64,000 bases of DNA from Bacillota bacterium (GTDB lineage Bacteria; Bacillota; Negativicutes; CTSoil-072): positions 70,874 to 134,873 of the forward strand of contig JAGFZV010000008.1 of assembly GCA_017889545.1 (NCBI GenBank), written 5' to 3'. Of this stretch, positions 18,808 to 28,384 are shown in pieces. How positions within the stretch are numbered: position 1 is the stretch's first letter; each line of letters begins with the position of its first letter. The notes below the pieces were generated by a model that searched no databases, was not told the origin of the DNA, and saw only the letters and a list, made by a program, of their open reading frames with translations. A program made the position numbers and the translations under genes.

Positions 18808-19200
18808 ATGTTTGGCAGCAAAAGCGCATCGCAAAACACAGTTGAACAGGTAGAGACAATCGTTGGGAAAGGAACATGCTTGAAGGGCGTAATCAATGTC
18901 AAAGGGTCGATACGCATTGATGGCCAGCTTGATGGAGAGATTGAAGCAGAAGGCGATGTCGTTGTTGGTCCGACCGGAATTTTGCAAGCGAATATTAAAG
19001 CCCGCAAGGCTACGTTGGCCGGAAGGGTGAATGGCAATGTCAACGTAAATGATAAACTGGAACTCTTGCCGACTGCAAAACTGATTGGCGATGTCAGTGT
19101 TGGTTCGATTATCATTGGGGAAGGCGCTATATTTCAAGGGGCTTGCGAAATGAAACGATCTGAACAGGGAAGCGCCAATTCTTCGCCAAAGAGTAAATAA
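18808..19200 (+). CDS. Bactofilin (DUF583) cytoskeletal protein
   Basis: 130 aa; repetitive beta-helical bactofilin-like core (...IDGQLDGEIEAEGDVVVGPTGILQANIKARKATLAGRVNGNVNV...). Confidence 0.8.
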   Translation: MFGSKSASQNTVEQVETIVGKGTCLKGVINVKGSIRIDGQLDGEIEAEGDVVVGPTGILQANIKARKATLAGRVNGNVNVNDKLELLPTAKLIGDVSVGSIIIGEGAIFQGACEMKRSEQGSANSSPKSK

Positions 19201-19297
19201 TCAGAGGTTGCCATTTTGGTACCATTTTGGACAAGTAAAGTTTCACGGGCTGTGCGAAGATAATATCTGAACAAATTGTAAAACGAGGAGCAGACAG

Positions 19298-19340
19298 ATG
19301 CCCGCAGCAGTGATCAAATTGATACACTGCTGCGGGCATT
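19298..19340 (+). other. Long perfect inverted repeat (15-bp stem) downstream of the bactofilin gene
   Basis: atgcccgcagcagtg / 13-nt loop / cactgctgcgggcat; followed by TCTTCC rather than a clean U-tract, so terminator function uncertain. Confidence 0.4.
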
Positions 19341-19451
19341 CTTCCATCACTTGGTTTTGGGCTAAAGCGACAGTATGAAAGGGTAAAGTTTTATAATAAA
19401 TATAACACGATCATCCGAGTAGATTACATTTGGCAGAAGGGAGCTGGAGAT

Positions 19452-20849
19452 ATGCAGAATATGTTGCGTACAATACCAGCGGTAGATCAAATATTGTCAG
19501 AAGCGCAAGCCGACCCCGGATTATCCGCCTATCCACGGCCAATTCTCGTCGAAGCAATTCGAACAGCGGTTCAGGCGATCCGTATGGAAATGCTGGCAGG
19601 TCACAGCGCAGATATTGCTGTACCCAGCTTACTATATGCCGTAAAAAAAATATTATTGCAACAAACGACCATGAATCTGAAGCGGATAATCAATGCAACT
19701 GGAGTGATCATCCACACCAATTTAGGTCGGGCGCCGTTCAGCTTACGGGCTAAAGCGGCAGTAGACGGGGTTTTAGAAGGGTATAGCACAGTGGAATTTG
19801 ATTTGCAGCATGGTGTTCGCGGCGAACGCAACAGTCTGGTAGAATCAAAGCTTTGTGCGTTAACCGGAGCAGAAGCGGCTCTTGTCGTAAATAATAATGC
19901 CGCTGCGGTAATGTTAGTATTGTCTTCTTTGGCGAAAGAACAAGAAGTGATTATTAGCCGGGGACAGTTAGTAGAAATTGGAGGATCTTTTCGCATTCCG
20001 GAGGTGCTGCGCCAGAGCGGCGCAAGATTAGTGGAAGTTGGCACTACCAATAGAACAAATTTGGCAGATTATGAACAAGCGATATCCGGACAAACAGCAG
20101 CAATCATGAAAGTGCACACGAGCAATTACCGGATCATAGGTTTTGTTTCACAACCAGAGGAAAAACAACTCACTGACTTGGCCAGACAGCATGGAATTGT
20201 GAGCATCAACGACTTGGGAAGCGGAACGCTATTGCCAATGAATGTAAACGGATATCAAGAAAAAACGGTTCAAGAAGCAGTAAAAGAGGGATTTGACATC
20301 GTTACTTTTAGTGGTGATAAACTGCTTGGCGGCGGACAAGCCGGCATTATTGTCGGCAAGGAAAAATACTTGAAAAAAATGAAAGCGAACCATCTTTTGC
20401 GGGCATTGCGCATGGACAAACTTTGTTTAGCCGCCTTAGAGGGAACATTATTGGATTATTTAATCGGTTTTCCCGCAATCGATATCCCCGTACAAGCAAT
20501 GCTGCGCCGTGAGACAGAGGAATTACGGCAACAGGCGATGGATTTTGCAAAGCGGCTTGCGCCGTTAATTGAACTTGGCTGGAAAGTGGACACTATTGAA
20601 CTCGAATCATGGACTGGAGGCGGGGCGTTCCCCGCAGTGGAGCTACGAAGCTATGGACTTCGTCTTTGTGCAATACAGGTTGGGTTAAGCGCAAGCCAGC
20701 TGGAAAAATATTTCCGAAATTGGACGATACCGATTATTGCTCGCGTTCACAATGATGAGGTAGTGATTGATGTACGATGCTTACTTGACAGTGATGAAGA
20801 AGAAATTATTGCTGCCTGTCAGCAAGCGGGAAAGGAAATGAACAAATGA
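19452..20849 (+). CDS. selA: L-seryl-tRNA(Sec) selenium transferase
   Basis: 465 aa; SelA-like N-terminus (...IPAVDQIL...) and PLP-enzyme core; overlaps selB start. Confidence 0.9.
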   Translation: MQNMLRTIPAVDQILSEAQADPGLSAYPRPILVEAIRTAVQAIRMEMLAGHSADIAVPSLLYAVKKILLQQTTMNLKRIINATGVIIHTNLGRAPFSLRAKAAVDGVLEGYSTVEFDLQHGVRGERNSLVESKLCALTGAEAALVVNNNAAAVMLVLSSLAKEQEVIISRGQLVEIGGSFRIPEVLRQSGARLVEVGTTNRTNLADYEQAISGQTAAIMKVHTSNYRIIGFVSQPEEKQLTDLARQHGIVSINDLGSGTLLPMNVNGYQEKTVQEAVKEGFDIVTFSGDKLLGGGQAGIIVGKEKYLKKMKANHLLRALRMDKLCLAALEGTLLDYLIGFPAIDIPVQAMLRRETEELRQQAMDFAKRLAPLIELGWKVDTIELESWTGGGAFPAVELRSYGLRLCAIQVGLSASQLEKYFRNWTIPIIARVHNDEVVIDVRCLLDSDEEEIIAACQQAGKEMNK

Positions 20850-22729
20850 AACATGTCATTATTGGAACGGCAGGACATGTCGATCATGGGAAAACAGCAT
20901 TAATTTATGCACTAACAGGCACAGATACAGATCGCTTAAAGGAAGAAAAACGACGGGGTATTTCTATCGATCTGGGTTTCGCTGCATTCGAATTGGCTGA
21001 AGATATAAAAGCAGGATTTGTGGATGTGCCGGGGCATGAACGGTTCTTAAAAAATATGTTGGCCGGAACAGGCGGCATTGACGCAGCGGTATTGGTTATA
21101 GCAGCTGATGAGAGTGTGATGCCACAGACCAGGGAGCACTTAGCAATGTTGCAATTATACGGAGTTCAGCATGGGATCGTTGTTATCAATAAAATAGACA
21201 AGGTTGACAGCGAGTGGCTGGATTTAGTTGAGGAAGAGATTCGAGCGCTATTGCGGGATACTTTTTTAGCGACAGCGCCGCTGTGCAGAGTCTCTGCGCT
21301 TACTGGCGTTGGGTTGGAACAATTTCACAGAGAACTGGTAAGTATGGCGCGGATCATTCCGGCGAGGGACACGGCAGCGCCGTTTCGGATGTGGATCGAT
21401 CGGGTTTTTGTTTCGAAAGGGCACGGAGTCATTGCAACTGGTTCTGTGTTGAGTGGAACAGCGATGAGTGGAGACACGCTAAAATTATTGCCGTCCGAAA
21501 CGGTGTTTCGCGTCCGTGGACTGGAGGTACATGGCGTGAAGACCGATTCCGTCTGTGCCGGGCAAAGAGCGGCCATCAACCTCTCTGGGCCAGAAATTAA
21601 GACGATCAATAGGGGAATGGTGTTAACTGCAAAAGAGTATGGTCAAGTCAGTGCGAACTGGGATGCGGAAGCAAAGTGGTATCAGGATCTTCCGACCGCC
21701 GGCTTGCGGATACGATTACATATAGGAACCGCTGAGTATATTGGCCGAATTCATCATTATAAAGATGCACCGGAAAATATCATCCGGCTGCTTCTGGAAA
21801 AACCACTGGGCGCGGCAGCCGGAGATCGGGGCATTATCCGCTTGTATTCGCCGCAGATTCTGATAGGGGCCGTTTCATTGATTTCTCCCGGAGGCAGAGC
21901 AAGGAGATTGCCGCAATGTACTCATGAATTGGCTCAAGCGCAATCCGCACGTGACTTGTCGCAAATTGTAAGGTTGCTGCCGGCTCGCGAAGAGCGATTA
22001 TTATTAAAGGGTGAAATAAGATGCATGGCAGGCTATTTTTCGCCAGAGAAAGTAGACGTTGATTTGCAAAAGGCCGTAGAGACAGATTGGCTGCTGACGA
22101 TAGGTGATTATTACTGTGCAACGACAGTGGCAGACCGACTGATACAAACTATGCAAAAATTAATAGGGGAGTATCATCGGCGCCAACCGTATCGAGCGGG
22201 AATTCCCCGGGAAATATTGAGACAAAAATTGCGGTTATCCGAAAGAGAATTTGAAGCATTCATCCATCTGTGGAAAGGCAAAGAGCAGATACAATTGGAT
22301 GGAGCGGAAATAGCTTTGATTGAGCATGCGGAAAAATACAATACTTGGCGGCGAAAAATCGAGGTGCAAATGGAAACGGTATTGTCAGAAACGGATGTAA
22401 CAACGATAACAATAGAGCTGTTGGCAGAAAAATTAATAGTGCCAAAAGAAGACGTTTGCGCAGCATACGAGGCGTTATTGTCGGCGGGGACATTGGTTCG
22501 TGTTGGCGATATTATTGTATACAGAAAAACAATTCAATACATTGCGAAAATTATACACCAACACTTTGCCGAAAAACCAACCTTAACAGTCGCAGAATTC
22601 CGTGACAAACTTAACACTTCTCGCAAAACAGCCATGACATTTCTAGAATACTTTGATATGCATAAATATACAATTAGGGAAGGTGACACTCGCCGTAAAG
22701 GCAGGGAAGTAAAACATTTATCAGAATAA
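20846..22729 (+). CDS. selB: Selenocysteine-specific translation elongation factor
   Basis: 627 aa; N-terminal GTPase [23 protein letters not shown]-Tu-like domains, long C-terminal winged-helix extension. Confidence 0.9.
   Translation: MKHVIIGTAGHVDHGKTALIYALTGTDTDRLKEEKRRGISIDLGFAAFELAEDIKAGFVDVPGHERFLKNMLAGTGGIDAAVLVIAADESVMPQTREHLAMLQLYGVQHGIVVINKIDKVDSEWLDLVEEEIRALLRDTFLATAPLCRVSALTGVGLEQFHRELVSMARIIPARDTAAPFRMWIDRVFVSKGHGVIATGSVLSGTAMSGDTLKLLPSETVFRVRGLEVHGVKTDSVCAGQRAAINLSGPEIKTINRGMVLTAKEYGQVSANWDAEAKWYQDLPTAGLRIRLHIGTAEYIGRIHHYKDAPENIIRLLLEKPLGAAAGDRGIIRLYSPQILIGAVSLISPGGRARRLPQCTHELAQAQSARDLSQIVRLLPAREERLLLKGEIRCMAGYFSPEKVDVDLQKAVETDWLLTIGDYYCATTVADRLIQTMQKLIGEYHRRQPYRAGIPREILRQKLRLSEREFEAFIHLWKGKEQIQLDGAEIALIEHAEKYNTWRRKIEVQMETVLSETDVTTITIELLAEKLIVPKEDVCAAYEALLSAGTLVRVGDIIVYRKTIQYIAKIIHQHFAEKPTLTVAEFRDKLNTSRKTAMTFLEYFDMHKYTIREGDTRRKGREVKHLSE
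22202..22215. promoter_or_regulatory. Noc-binding-site-like palindrome inside selB
   Basis: ATTCCCCGGGAAAT, 13/14 match to the Noc-binding consensus ATTTCCCGGGAAAT as I recall it. Confidence 0.3.
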
Positions 22730-22749
22730 ACTTTCTTTTAATATTCATA

Positions 22750-22778
22750 TTGACAGTATAAGCTTTCGTTTTTATAAT
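22750..22778 (+). promoter_or_regulatory. Consensus sigma-A promoter for the glutamate-synthase-like operon
   Basis: TTGACA, 17-nt spacer, TATAAT; followed by a GC-richer leader of about 175 nt. Confidence 0.6.
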
Positions 22779-22958
22779 AAAGTACAGTGACTTTATGTAA
22801 TTAAAAGTCTACTGGAAAAAGACATGTGTATGTGGGAGAGTGCCTAGGGTTCCGTACGTAAGTAGTCTGGACCGAGCGGCACTGGTGCAAAGTCGCACAG
22901 CACCACACCGTGGGTATAAAAAACCCTAGCGGAAGATCCCGGTTACAATACCTGGTCT

Positions 22959-24065
22959 TTGTGCAGAATTGGTGCGATTAAAAGTAAAACGCCCTTTTTC
23001 CCTTCAAAAGCATTGTATTTAATGCTTCCGCAGCAAGAAGGACACGACAATTCAGGCTTTGCAATGGTGATGCAGGATTTATACGGCGAATTTGCCGAGT
23101 ATAAAGATAAACCGCTATTGTCCTTGGCGTGTACGCAAAAAGGCGCTAAACTTGTGGAAGACTATATGGAAAACAATAGTTTTGTTCAAGTCCATGAATG
23201 GATACCGAAAGTAAACAAGCAACCGGGGTTGGACATAAAAGCAATGCCCTATTACATCTTCCGCAATTATGATTATCCGGATTATTTGGCAAAAGCGTCC
23301 AAAGAAGCAAAGGAAGAGTTGCTGTTGTCGACCCGACTGGCTATTCGTGAATTATTGGAAAAAAATGATCAGGGGTATGCGTTTTCCTTTTGGCCGGATG
23401 TGTTGACACTGAAAGAAATCGGCGATCCTCGCGACATAGCTACATATTTTGGATTATGGAACGACAGCGGTGAATTGTTGGCCAAAAACATTGTTGTCCA
23501 ATGCAGACAAAATACAAACTATGAAATAGTTCGCTATGCTGCTCACCCGTTCTTTATCCAAGGTTATACCTTATGTGCAAACGGGGAAAATACTTTTTAT
23601 ACAAAAAACAAAGAGTTCCAAAAATCCTTAAATAAAGGGTATATTGGCTTTGAATCTGATTCGCAAAACTTCCTATATACTTTGCATTATGTGCTGCATG
23701 AGTTAAAGTGGCCAATTAAGTACTATAAGCATGTCATTACGCCTCTTCAATTTGAAGAATTGGAAAATCGGCCGGATCAGGCTGCATTGCAAGCCATCCG
23801 CCAATCGTTGGGGCACTTGGAGATCAATGGCCCAAATACAATTATCGGAATGTTGCCGGATAATAGCATGATGACCTGCTGCGATTCGAAGAAATTGCGG
23901 CCGGTAGTCGTTGGCGGCGATGAAGAAACAATTGCGATTTCATCTGAAGTCTGTGGACTCAACGTTATTCTTCCTGATCGGGATAAGACCAAAGATATAT
24001 ACCCCAACGAGCGAGAAGTAGTGGTCATCAATGAGGAATTGGAGGTGCAACGATGGAAACAATGA
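22959..24065 (+). CDS. Class-II glutamine amidotransferase domain protein (archaeal-type glutamate synthase subunit)
   Basis: 368 aa; N-terminal Cys directly after initiator Met (MCRIG...), as in Ntn amidotransferases; first gene of three-gene GltS-like set. Confidence 0.6.
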   Translation: MCRIGAIKSKTPFFPSKALYLMLPQQEGHDNSGFAMVMQDLYGEFAEYKDKPLLSLACTQKGAKLVEDYMENNSFVQVHEWIPKVNKQPGLDIKAMPYYIFRNYDYPDYLAKASKEAKEELLLSTRLAIRELLEKNDQGYAFSFWPDVLTLKEIGDPRDIATYFGLWNDSGELLAKNIVVQCRQNTNYEIVRYAAHPFFIQGYTLCANGENTFYTKNKEFQKSLNKGYIGFESDSQNFLYTLHYVLHELKWPIKYYKHVITPLQFEELENRPDQAALQAIRQSLGHLEINGPNTIIGMLPDNSMMTCCDSKKLRPVVVGGDEETIAISSEVCGLNVILPDRDKTKDIYPNEREVVVINEELEVQRWKQ

Positions 24066-25687
24066 GAACCCAAGAAGTAACCGTGAACGATTTGCCGTGG
24101 AAAATTGAACACAGCACCATTCGTTGCACAATGTGCGGCAGTTGCGTTGCTGCCTGTACTTTTAATGCGATTGAAGCAAAAATGGAACGTCGTTCTGTTA
24201 CGATATCCACGGGCCATCAACCGGAACCTATGCAGCAGCACAAGGCAATACCGGTCATCCTGCAAAAAAATAGCATAGCGCATGCTTGTGTTGGCTGCGG
24301 GATGTGCGAAAAAATATGTCCGAACAAGGCAATTAAGCCTGTTCGTAACCTTGATAGCCGGTACAATGTATTGGCCCGGTCCGGAGGAACGACCATTAAA
24401 CGGGGCGGCCGGAATAATCTGATCCAGGAGAGGACGCTCGATAAAATTGTAGTGGGCCGGATTTCTCAAATGACGGACCCGTCACTTGATGCCGAGCGGC
24501 ATGTTTTTGACATTTTAGCGCCGTTTGGAAGAGTGTTGCCGGCAAATAAACTGCCTTTTGCGCAAGAAAATGGCGAATTGCGTTTGACAGCACAAACTCC
24601 GCCAGTCAATTGGATTTATCCGTTGATCTTCAGTGATATGTCTATCGGCGCGTTATCGACAAGGGCGTGGGAAGCAATTGCATTAGCAGTTGGTTATTTG
24701 AATGAAAAACATCATCTGCCGGTACGGATGAGTTCCGGTGAAGGCGGTATGCCGGTTAATTTGATGAAATCGGATTTTCTGAAATATACAATGATCCAGA
24801 TTGCATCCGGACATTTTGGCTGGAACCGAATCGTTCGAGCCATGCCGCATATGAACGTCGATCCGGCAGGGATTATCATTAAGATTGGTCAAGGAGCAAA
24901 GCCTGGAGACGGCGGACTATTGCCGGCTGCGAAAGTAGCGGAACATGTTCAAGCGATCCGGGGCGTACCGAAGGCTGACTTAATGTCGCCGCCTAACCAC
25001 CAGGGCCTCTATTCCATAGAAGAATCTGTACAGAAGATGTTCATGTCCATGAACGCCGCCTTCAAGTTTCGTGTGCCTGTGGCTATTAAATGCGCTGCAT
25101 CAGCTACTTCGGTATCCGTGTATAATAACTTGCTGCGCGACCCCTACTTGATTTGCGGTGGATTCTTTATTGATGGTATTCAAGGGGGGACAGGAGCGGC
25201 AAATGAAGTCTCTCTTGACCACACTGGCCATCCGATCGTTTCTAAAACTCGTGAATGCTATTTAGCGGCTGTTAAACAAGGGCTTCAGGGTCAAATTCCG
25301 TTATGGGCCGGCGGGGGCGTTGGCTTGACGGGCAATGCCGCTGCGGATGCATTTAAAATGATCTGTCTGGGCGCAAATGGCGTATTTCTTGGCAAACTTC
25401 TTATCCAGTTGTGTGGCTGCGTTGGTAATGAACATGGACGCTGCAATGCTTGTAGTACAGGGCATTGTCCTACGGGGATCTGCACGCAAGACCCACGCTT
25501 GGTAAAACGCCTGGATATTGATAAGGCAGCTCAAAATATTGTCGATTACACCCTGGCGTTCGATATGGAAATGCGAAAATTAATGGCGCCGGTTGGCAAT
25601 AGCACATTGCCGGTTGGCCGGTCTGATGCACTGGTTACGACTGATCGGGCGATTGCAGAAAAATTGGGCATCCAATATGCCTGTTAG
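24053..25687 (+). CDS. Glutamate synthase FMN-binding central-domain protein with N-terminal 2x[4Fe-4S] ferredoxin
   Basis: 544 aa; Cys motifs CTMCGSCVAAC and CVGCGMCEKICP, then GltS-type FMN domain and C-terminal Cys cluster. Confidence 0.7.
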   Translation: METMRTQEVTVNDLPWKIEHSTIRCTMCGSCVAACTFNAIEAKMERRSVTISTGHQPEPMQQHKAIPVILQKNSIAHACVGCGMCEKICPNKAIKPVRNLDSRYNVLARSGGTTIKRGGRNNLIQERTLDKIVVGRISQMTDPSLDAERHVFDILAPFGRVLPANKLPFAQENGELRLTAQTPPVNWIYPLIFSDMSIGALSTRAWEAIALAVGYLNEKHHLPVRMSSGEGGMPVNLMKSDFLKYTMIQIASGHFGWNRIVRAMPHMNVDPAGIIIKIGQGAKPGDGGLLPAAKVAEHVQAIRGVPKADLMSPPNHQGLYSIEESVQKMFMSMNAAFKFRVPVAIKCAASATSVSVYNNLLRDPYLICGGFFIDGIQGGTGAANEVSLDHTGHPIVSKTRECYLAAVKQGLQGQIPLWAGGGVGLTGNAAADAFKMICLGANGVFLGKLLIQLCGCVGNEHGRCNACSTGHCPTGICTQDPRLVKRLDIDKAAQNIVDYTLAFDMEMRKLMAPVGNSTLPVGRSDALVTTDRAIAEKLGIQYAC

Positions 25688-25699
25688 GAGGGAAGCGAA

Positions 25700-28015
25700 A
25701 TGAAAAAGATTATTACTTTTAATGATCACAACCGAATGTCAACGCAGGATTTGCTGCAAGAGATTAATGAAGCGTTAGCTGGCGGCGAAACCGAATTTCA
25801 GATAGAAGCTTCCGGACAGCATGATATTGGCGGCCCACTATGGCACCCGGAAGGAAAACCGTTAAAATTTGTGGTAACGAACCCAGGCCAACGGGTTGGC
25901 TCAATGTGTTTGCCAGGAACAGAAATTATCGTTGATGGTCCGGCACCGGCCGATGTGGGCTGGTTGAATGCAGGCGGAAAAATTGTTGTCCTCGGTGATG
26001 GCGGCGATACGACAGCGCATTGTGCCGCATCAGGAACGATTTACGTCGGTGGACGGGCCGGAACTCGCTCCGGATCGATGATGAAGCATGATCCGTTATA
26101 CGAAAAGCCGGAATTTTGGGTGCTTAAAAACTGCGGCAGTTTCTCGTTTGAATTTATGTCCGGCGGGATTGCTGTAGTTTGCGGGGTTGACAGTGAGCAA
26201 TTCGAGTCCATCCTCGGATCACGGTCTTGCGTAGGTATGGTCGGCGGAACGTTATATTTCCGGGGACCCGTGAGCGGCATCTCTTTAAAAGACGTAAAAG
26301 TAGGGCCGTTGGAAGAACGTGATATTGCTTATTTAGACGGAAAAATGGATGATTTCCTGGGATCAATTCAACGTCCCGAATTGAGGAAAGAATTATCCAA
26401 TTGGAGTGATTGGAAGAAAGTAGCGCCGTTAACATACGATGAGCGTCCTAAAAAGGCGAATACGGATACATGGTCCTTCCGGACGAATGAGTGGGTTAAA
26501 AACGGAATTTTTGGCGATGTTTGCAATGATGATTTTGCTGTGTATGGCTTAGTATCAACAGGGACATATCGGCAGAGGGTTCCTCTCTGGGAAAATGCCC
26601 GTTATGCGGCGCCGTGTGAGTTTAATTGTCCGGCATCGATCCCTTCACAGCAGCGCTTTAATTTTCTCCGGGAAGGAAAAATTGACGAAGCATACCGGAT
26701 GGTATTGGAATACACTCCCTTCCCTGGATCGGTTTGCGGTGCAGTTTGCCCGAATTTGTGCATGGATGAATGTTCGAGGGGCAAGATTGACATTTCTGCC
26801 CAAATTGGCAAGTTAGGCCTGTATTCAATTGATTCAGCCTTGCCGGGACCGGAGTCAAAAACGGGGAAAAAGGTAGCGGTCATCGGTGGCGGTCCGGCCG
26901 GGCTGACAGCAGCTTGGCAGCTGGCTCGCCTTGGTCACGAAGTGTCTGTCTATGAAGCGGACGCAAAAATGGGTGGTAAATTGGAGCAGGTTATCCCTCG
27001 CGGACGATTGCCTCACACCACTCTTGAAAAAGAATTGCAGCGGATTGCCGATATGGGAGTGCAATTTTTCCCGAACACAAAAGTGGATGCCCCTAAATTC
27101 GCTGAATTGCGAAACAGCTACGATGCAGTCGTGGTAACAACCGGCGCTCATGTTCCGCGGATCATTCCGGTTCCGGGTAAAGAGAGAATAGTGCCCGGGC
27201 TGGAGTTTTTAAAAGCGATCAATCGCGGCGAAAAACCTGCTATTGGGCGGAGAGTCATTGTTATCGGCTGCGGAAACTCCGGTATGGACGTTGCAGTTGG
27301 AGCATACCAACTGGGTGCAGAACAGGTAACTTGTATAGATGTTCAGCAACCGGCAGCGTTTGAAAAAGAAATTGCTCACGTCGAAGAACTCGGCGGGGTA
27401 TTGCAATGGCCGGTGTTTACCAAAGAAATTACGCCGGAGGGGATTATTACCCAGAACGGGGATTTGATCAAAGGCGACATGGTCATCATCGCGATTGGCG
27501 AGAGTCCGGAGCTGGACTATTTGCCGGCTGACCTGAAACTATTCAGAGGCTGTCTGGTGACGGGCAGCGACTATCAGATTGGTGAAGGATTGTTTACTGC
27601 CGGTGATACAATAAAACCGGGACGGATGGTTGACGCGATCGGTGCAGGGCGCCAAGCCGCCTTGTCCGCAGATGCTTATTTGCGCGGTGAAGAGTTTACC
27701 GGCGAAAGCAAAACAAAAATTCCGGCTGAACGATTGTCAACGGCATATTTTAAAAAATGTCATACCTGTGATGTGCCTGAAGCTAAGGAAGATTATTTGC
27801 GCTGTATCAGCTGCGGAACTTGCCGTGATTGCCATATGTGCATGAAATCTTGCCCGGAAAATGCGATTGAGCGAAAGACGTTGGATGATGGTGGATATGA
27901 ATACGTTTCCGATCCGCAAAAATGTATCGGGTGTGGGATTTGTGCAGGAGTTTGTCCTTGCGGAATTTGGACATTGCGGGAAAATGCCGAACCGATTGCA
28001 ATGTATAAGACCTGA
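25700..28015 (+). CDS. Fusion protein: GXGXG domain (GltS C-terminal) + GltD-like NAD(P)H oxidoreductase + C-terminal 2x[4Fe-4S] ferredoxin
   Basis: 771 aa; N-terminal repetitive GXGXG segment, Rossmann motifs VAVIGGGPAGLTAA and VIVIGCGNSGMDVA, C-terminal CISCGTCRDC...CIGCGICAGVCPCG. Confidence 0.7.
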   Translation: MKKIITFNDHNRMSTQDLLQEINEALAGGETEFQIEASGQHDIGGPLWHPEGKPLKFVVTNPGQRVGSMCLPGTEIIVDGPAPADVGWLNAGGKIVVLGDGGDTTAHCAASGTIYVGGRAGTRSGSMMKHDPLYEKPEFWVLKNCGSFSFEFMSGGIAVVCGVDSEQFESILGSRSCVGMVGGTLYFRGPVSGISLKDVKVGPLEERDIAYLDGKMDDFLGSIQRPELRKELSNWSDWKKVAPLTYDERPKKANTDTWSFRTNEWVKNGIFGDVCNDDFAVYGLVSTGTYRQRVPLWENARYAAPCEFNCPASIPSQQRFNFLREGKIDEAYRMVLEYTPFPGSVCGAVCPNLCMDECSRGKIDISAQIGKLGLYSIDSALPGPESKTGKKVAVIGGGPAGLTAAWQLARLGHEVSVYEADAKMGGKLEQVIPRGRLPHTTLEKELQRIADMGVQFFPNTKVDAPKFAELRNSYDAVVVTTGAHVPRIIPVPGKERIVPGLEFLKAINRGEKPAIGRRVIVIGCGNSGMDVAVGAYQLGAEQVTCIDVQQPAAFEKEIAHVEELGGVLQWPVFTKEITPEGIITQNGDLIKGDMVIIAIGESPELDYLPADLKLFRGCLVTGSDYQIGEGLFTAGDTIKPGRMVDAIGAGRQAALSADAYLRGEEFTGESKTKIPAERLSTAYFKKCHTCDVPEAKEDYLRCISCGTCRDCHMCMKSCPENAIERKTLDDGGYEYVSDPQKCIGCGICAGVCPCGIWTLRENAEPIAMYKT

Positions 28016-28028
28016 TATAAAAAAATAC

Positions 28029-28080
28029 AAATATACAAAACCCGTTCCAGAAAATGGAGCGGGTTTTGTATATTTTTTTA
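28029..28080. terminator. Intrinsic terminator after the glutamate-synthase-like operon
   Basis: atatacaaaacccgttccagaaaatggagcgggttttgtatattttttt: long stem with T-run. Confidence 0.8.
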
Positions 28081-28384
28081 CCAATAAAGAATGAAAGAAA
28101 AAACATTTGTCCTTTGTAGCTAGACGTTTTCATATCTATTTCCAAATGTGTTTTTGAACAGGACAGATGACGATAAAAATACCAAATACTATTGACATGG
28201 CAGATTAGATCCACATATAATAATAGCCAGAAAGAAATTCGTGCCATATGGAAAAAATTCCAAAAAAGGTGTCGTTTGGGAAGGGGGATTGTGATTATTC
28301 CTTTTTACAAATTGTAATTGTGCAAAAAAGATAATTTAAGAAATAGTGATAAAGCAAAATGAACAAAATAAGGGAGGACCAGTT

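Noticed and set aside
22780-22958. Possible tRNA-Sec (selC) in the GC-rich segment after selB
   Set aside because: No UCA-anticodon loop on either strand in the GC-rich part and no T-loop-like GTTCGAATCC motif; kept as an unclassified structured leader.
23777-24469. Long antisense ORFs inside confirmed genes (23777..24469, 36908..37402, 49814..50323, 54523..55023, 59105..59623, 61538..62038, 62035..62523, 9015..9362, 10326..10700)
   Set aside because: Each is fully embedded antisense or out of frame in a gene with strong protein-family evidence; no SD, no recognisable domains.
28080-28384. T-box or CodY site upstream of the liv-type transporter
   Set aside because: No T-box sequence; only a weak partial match to the CodY motif (ggaaaaaattcc), insufficient to call.
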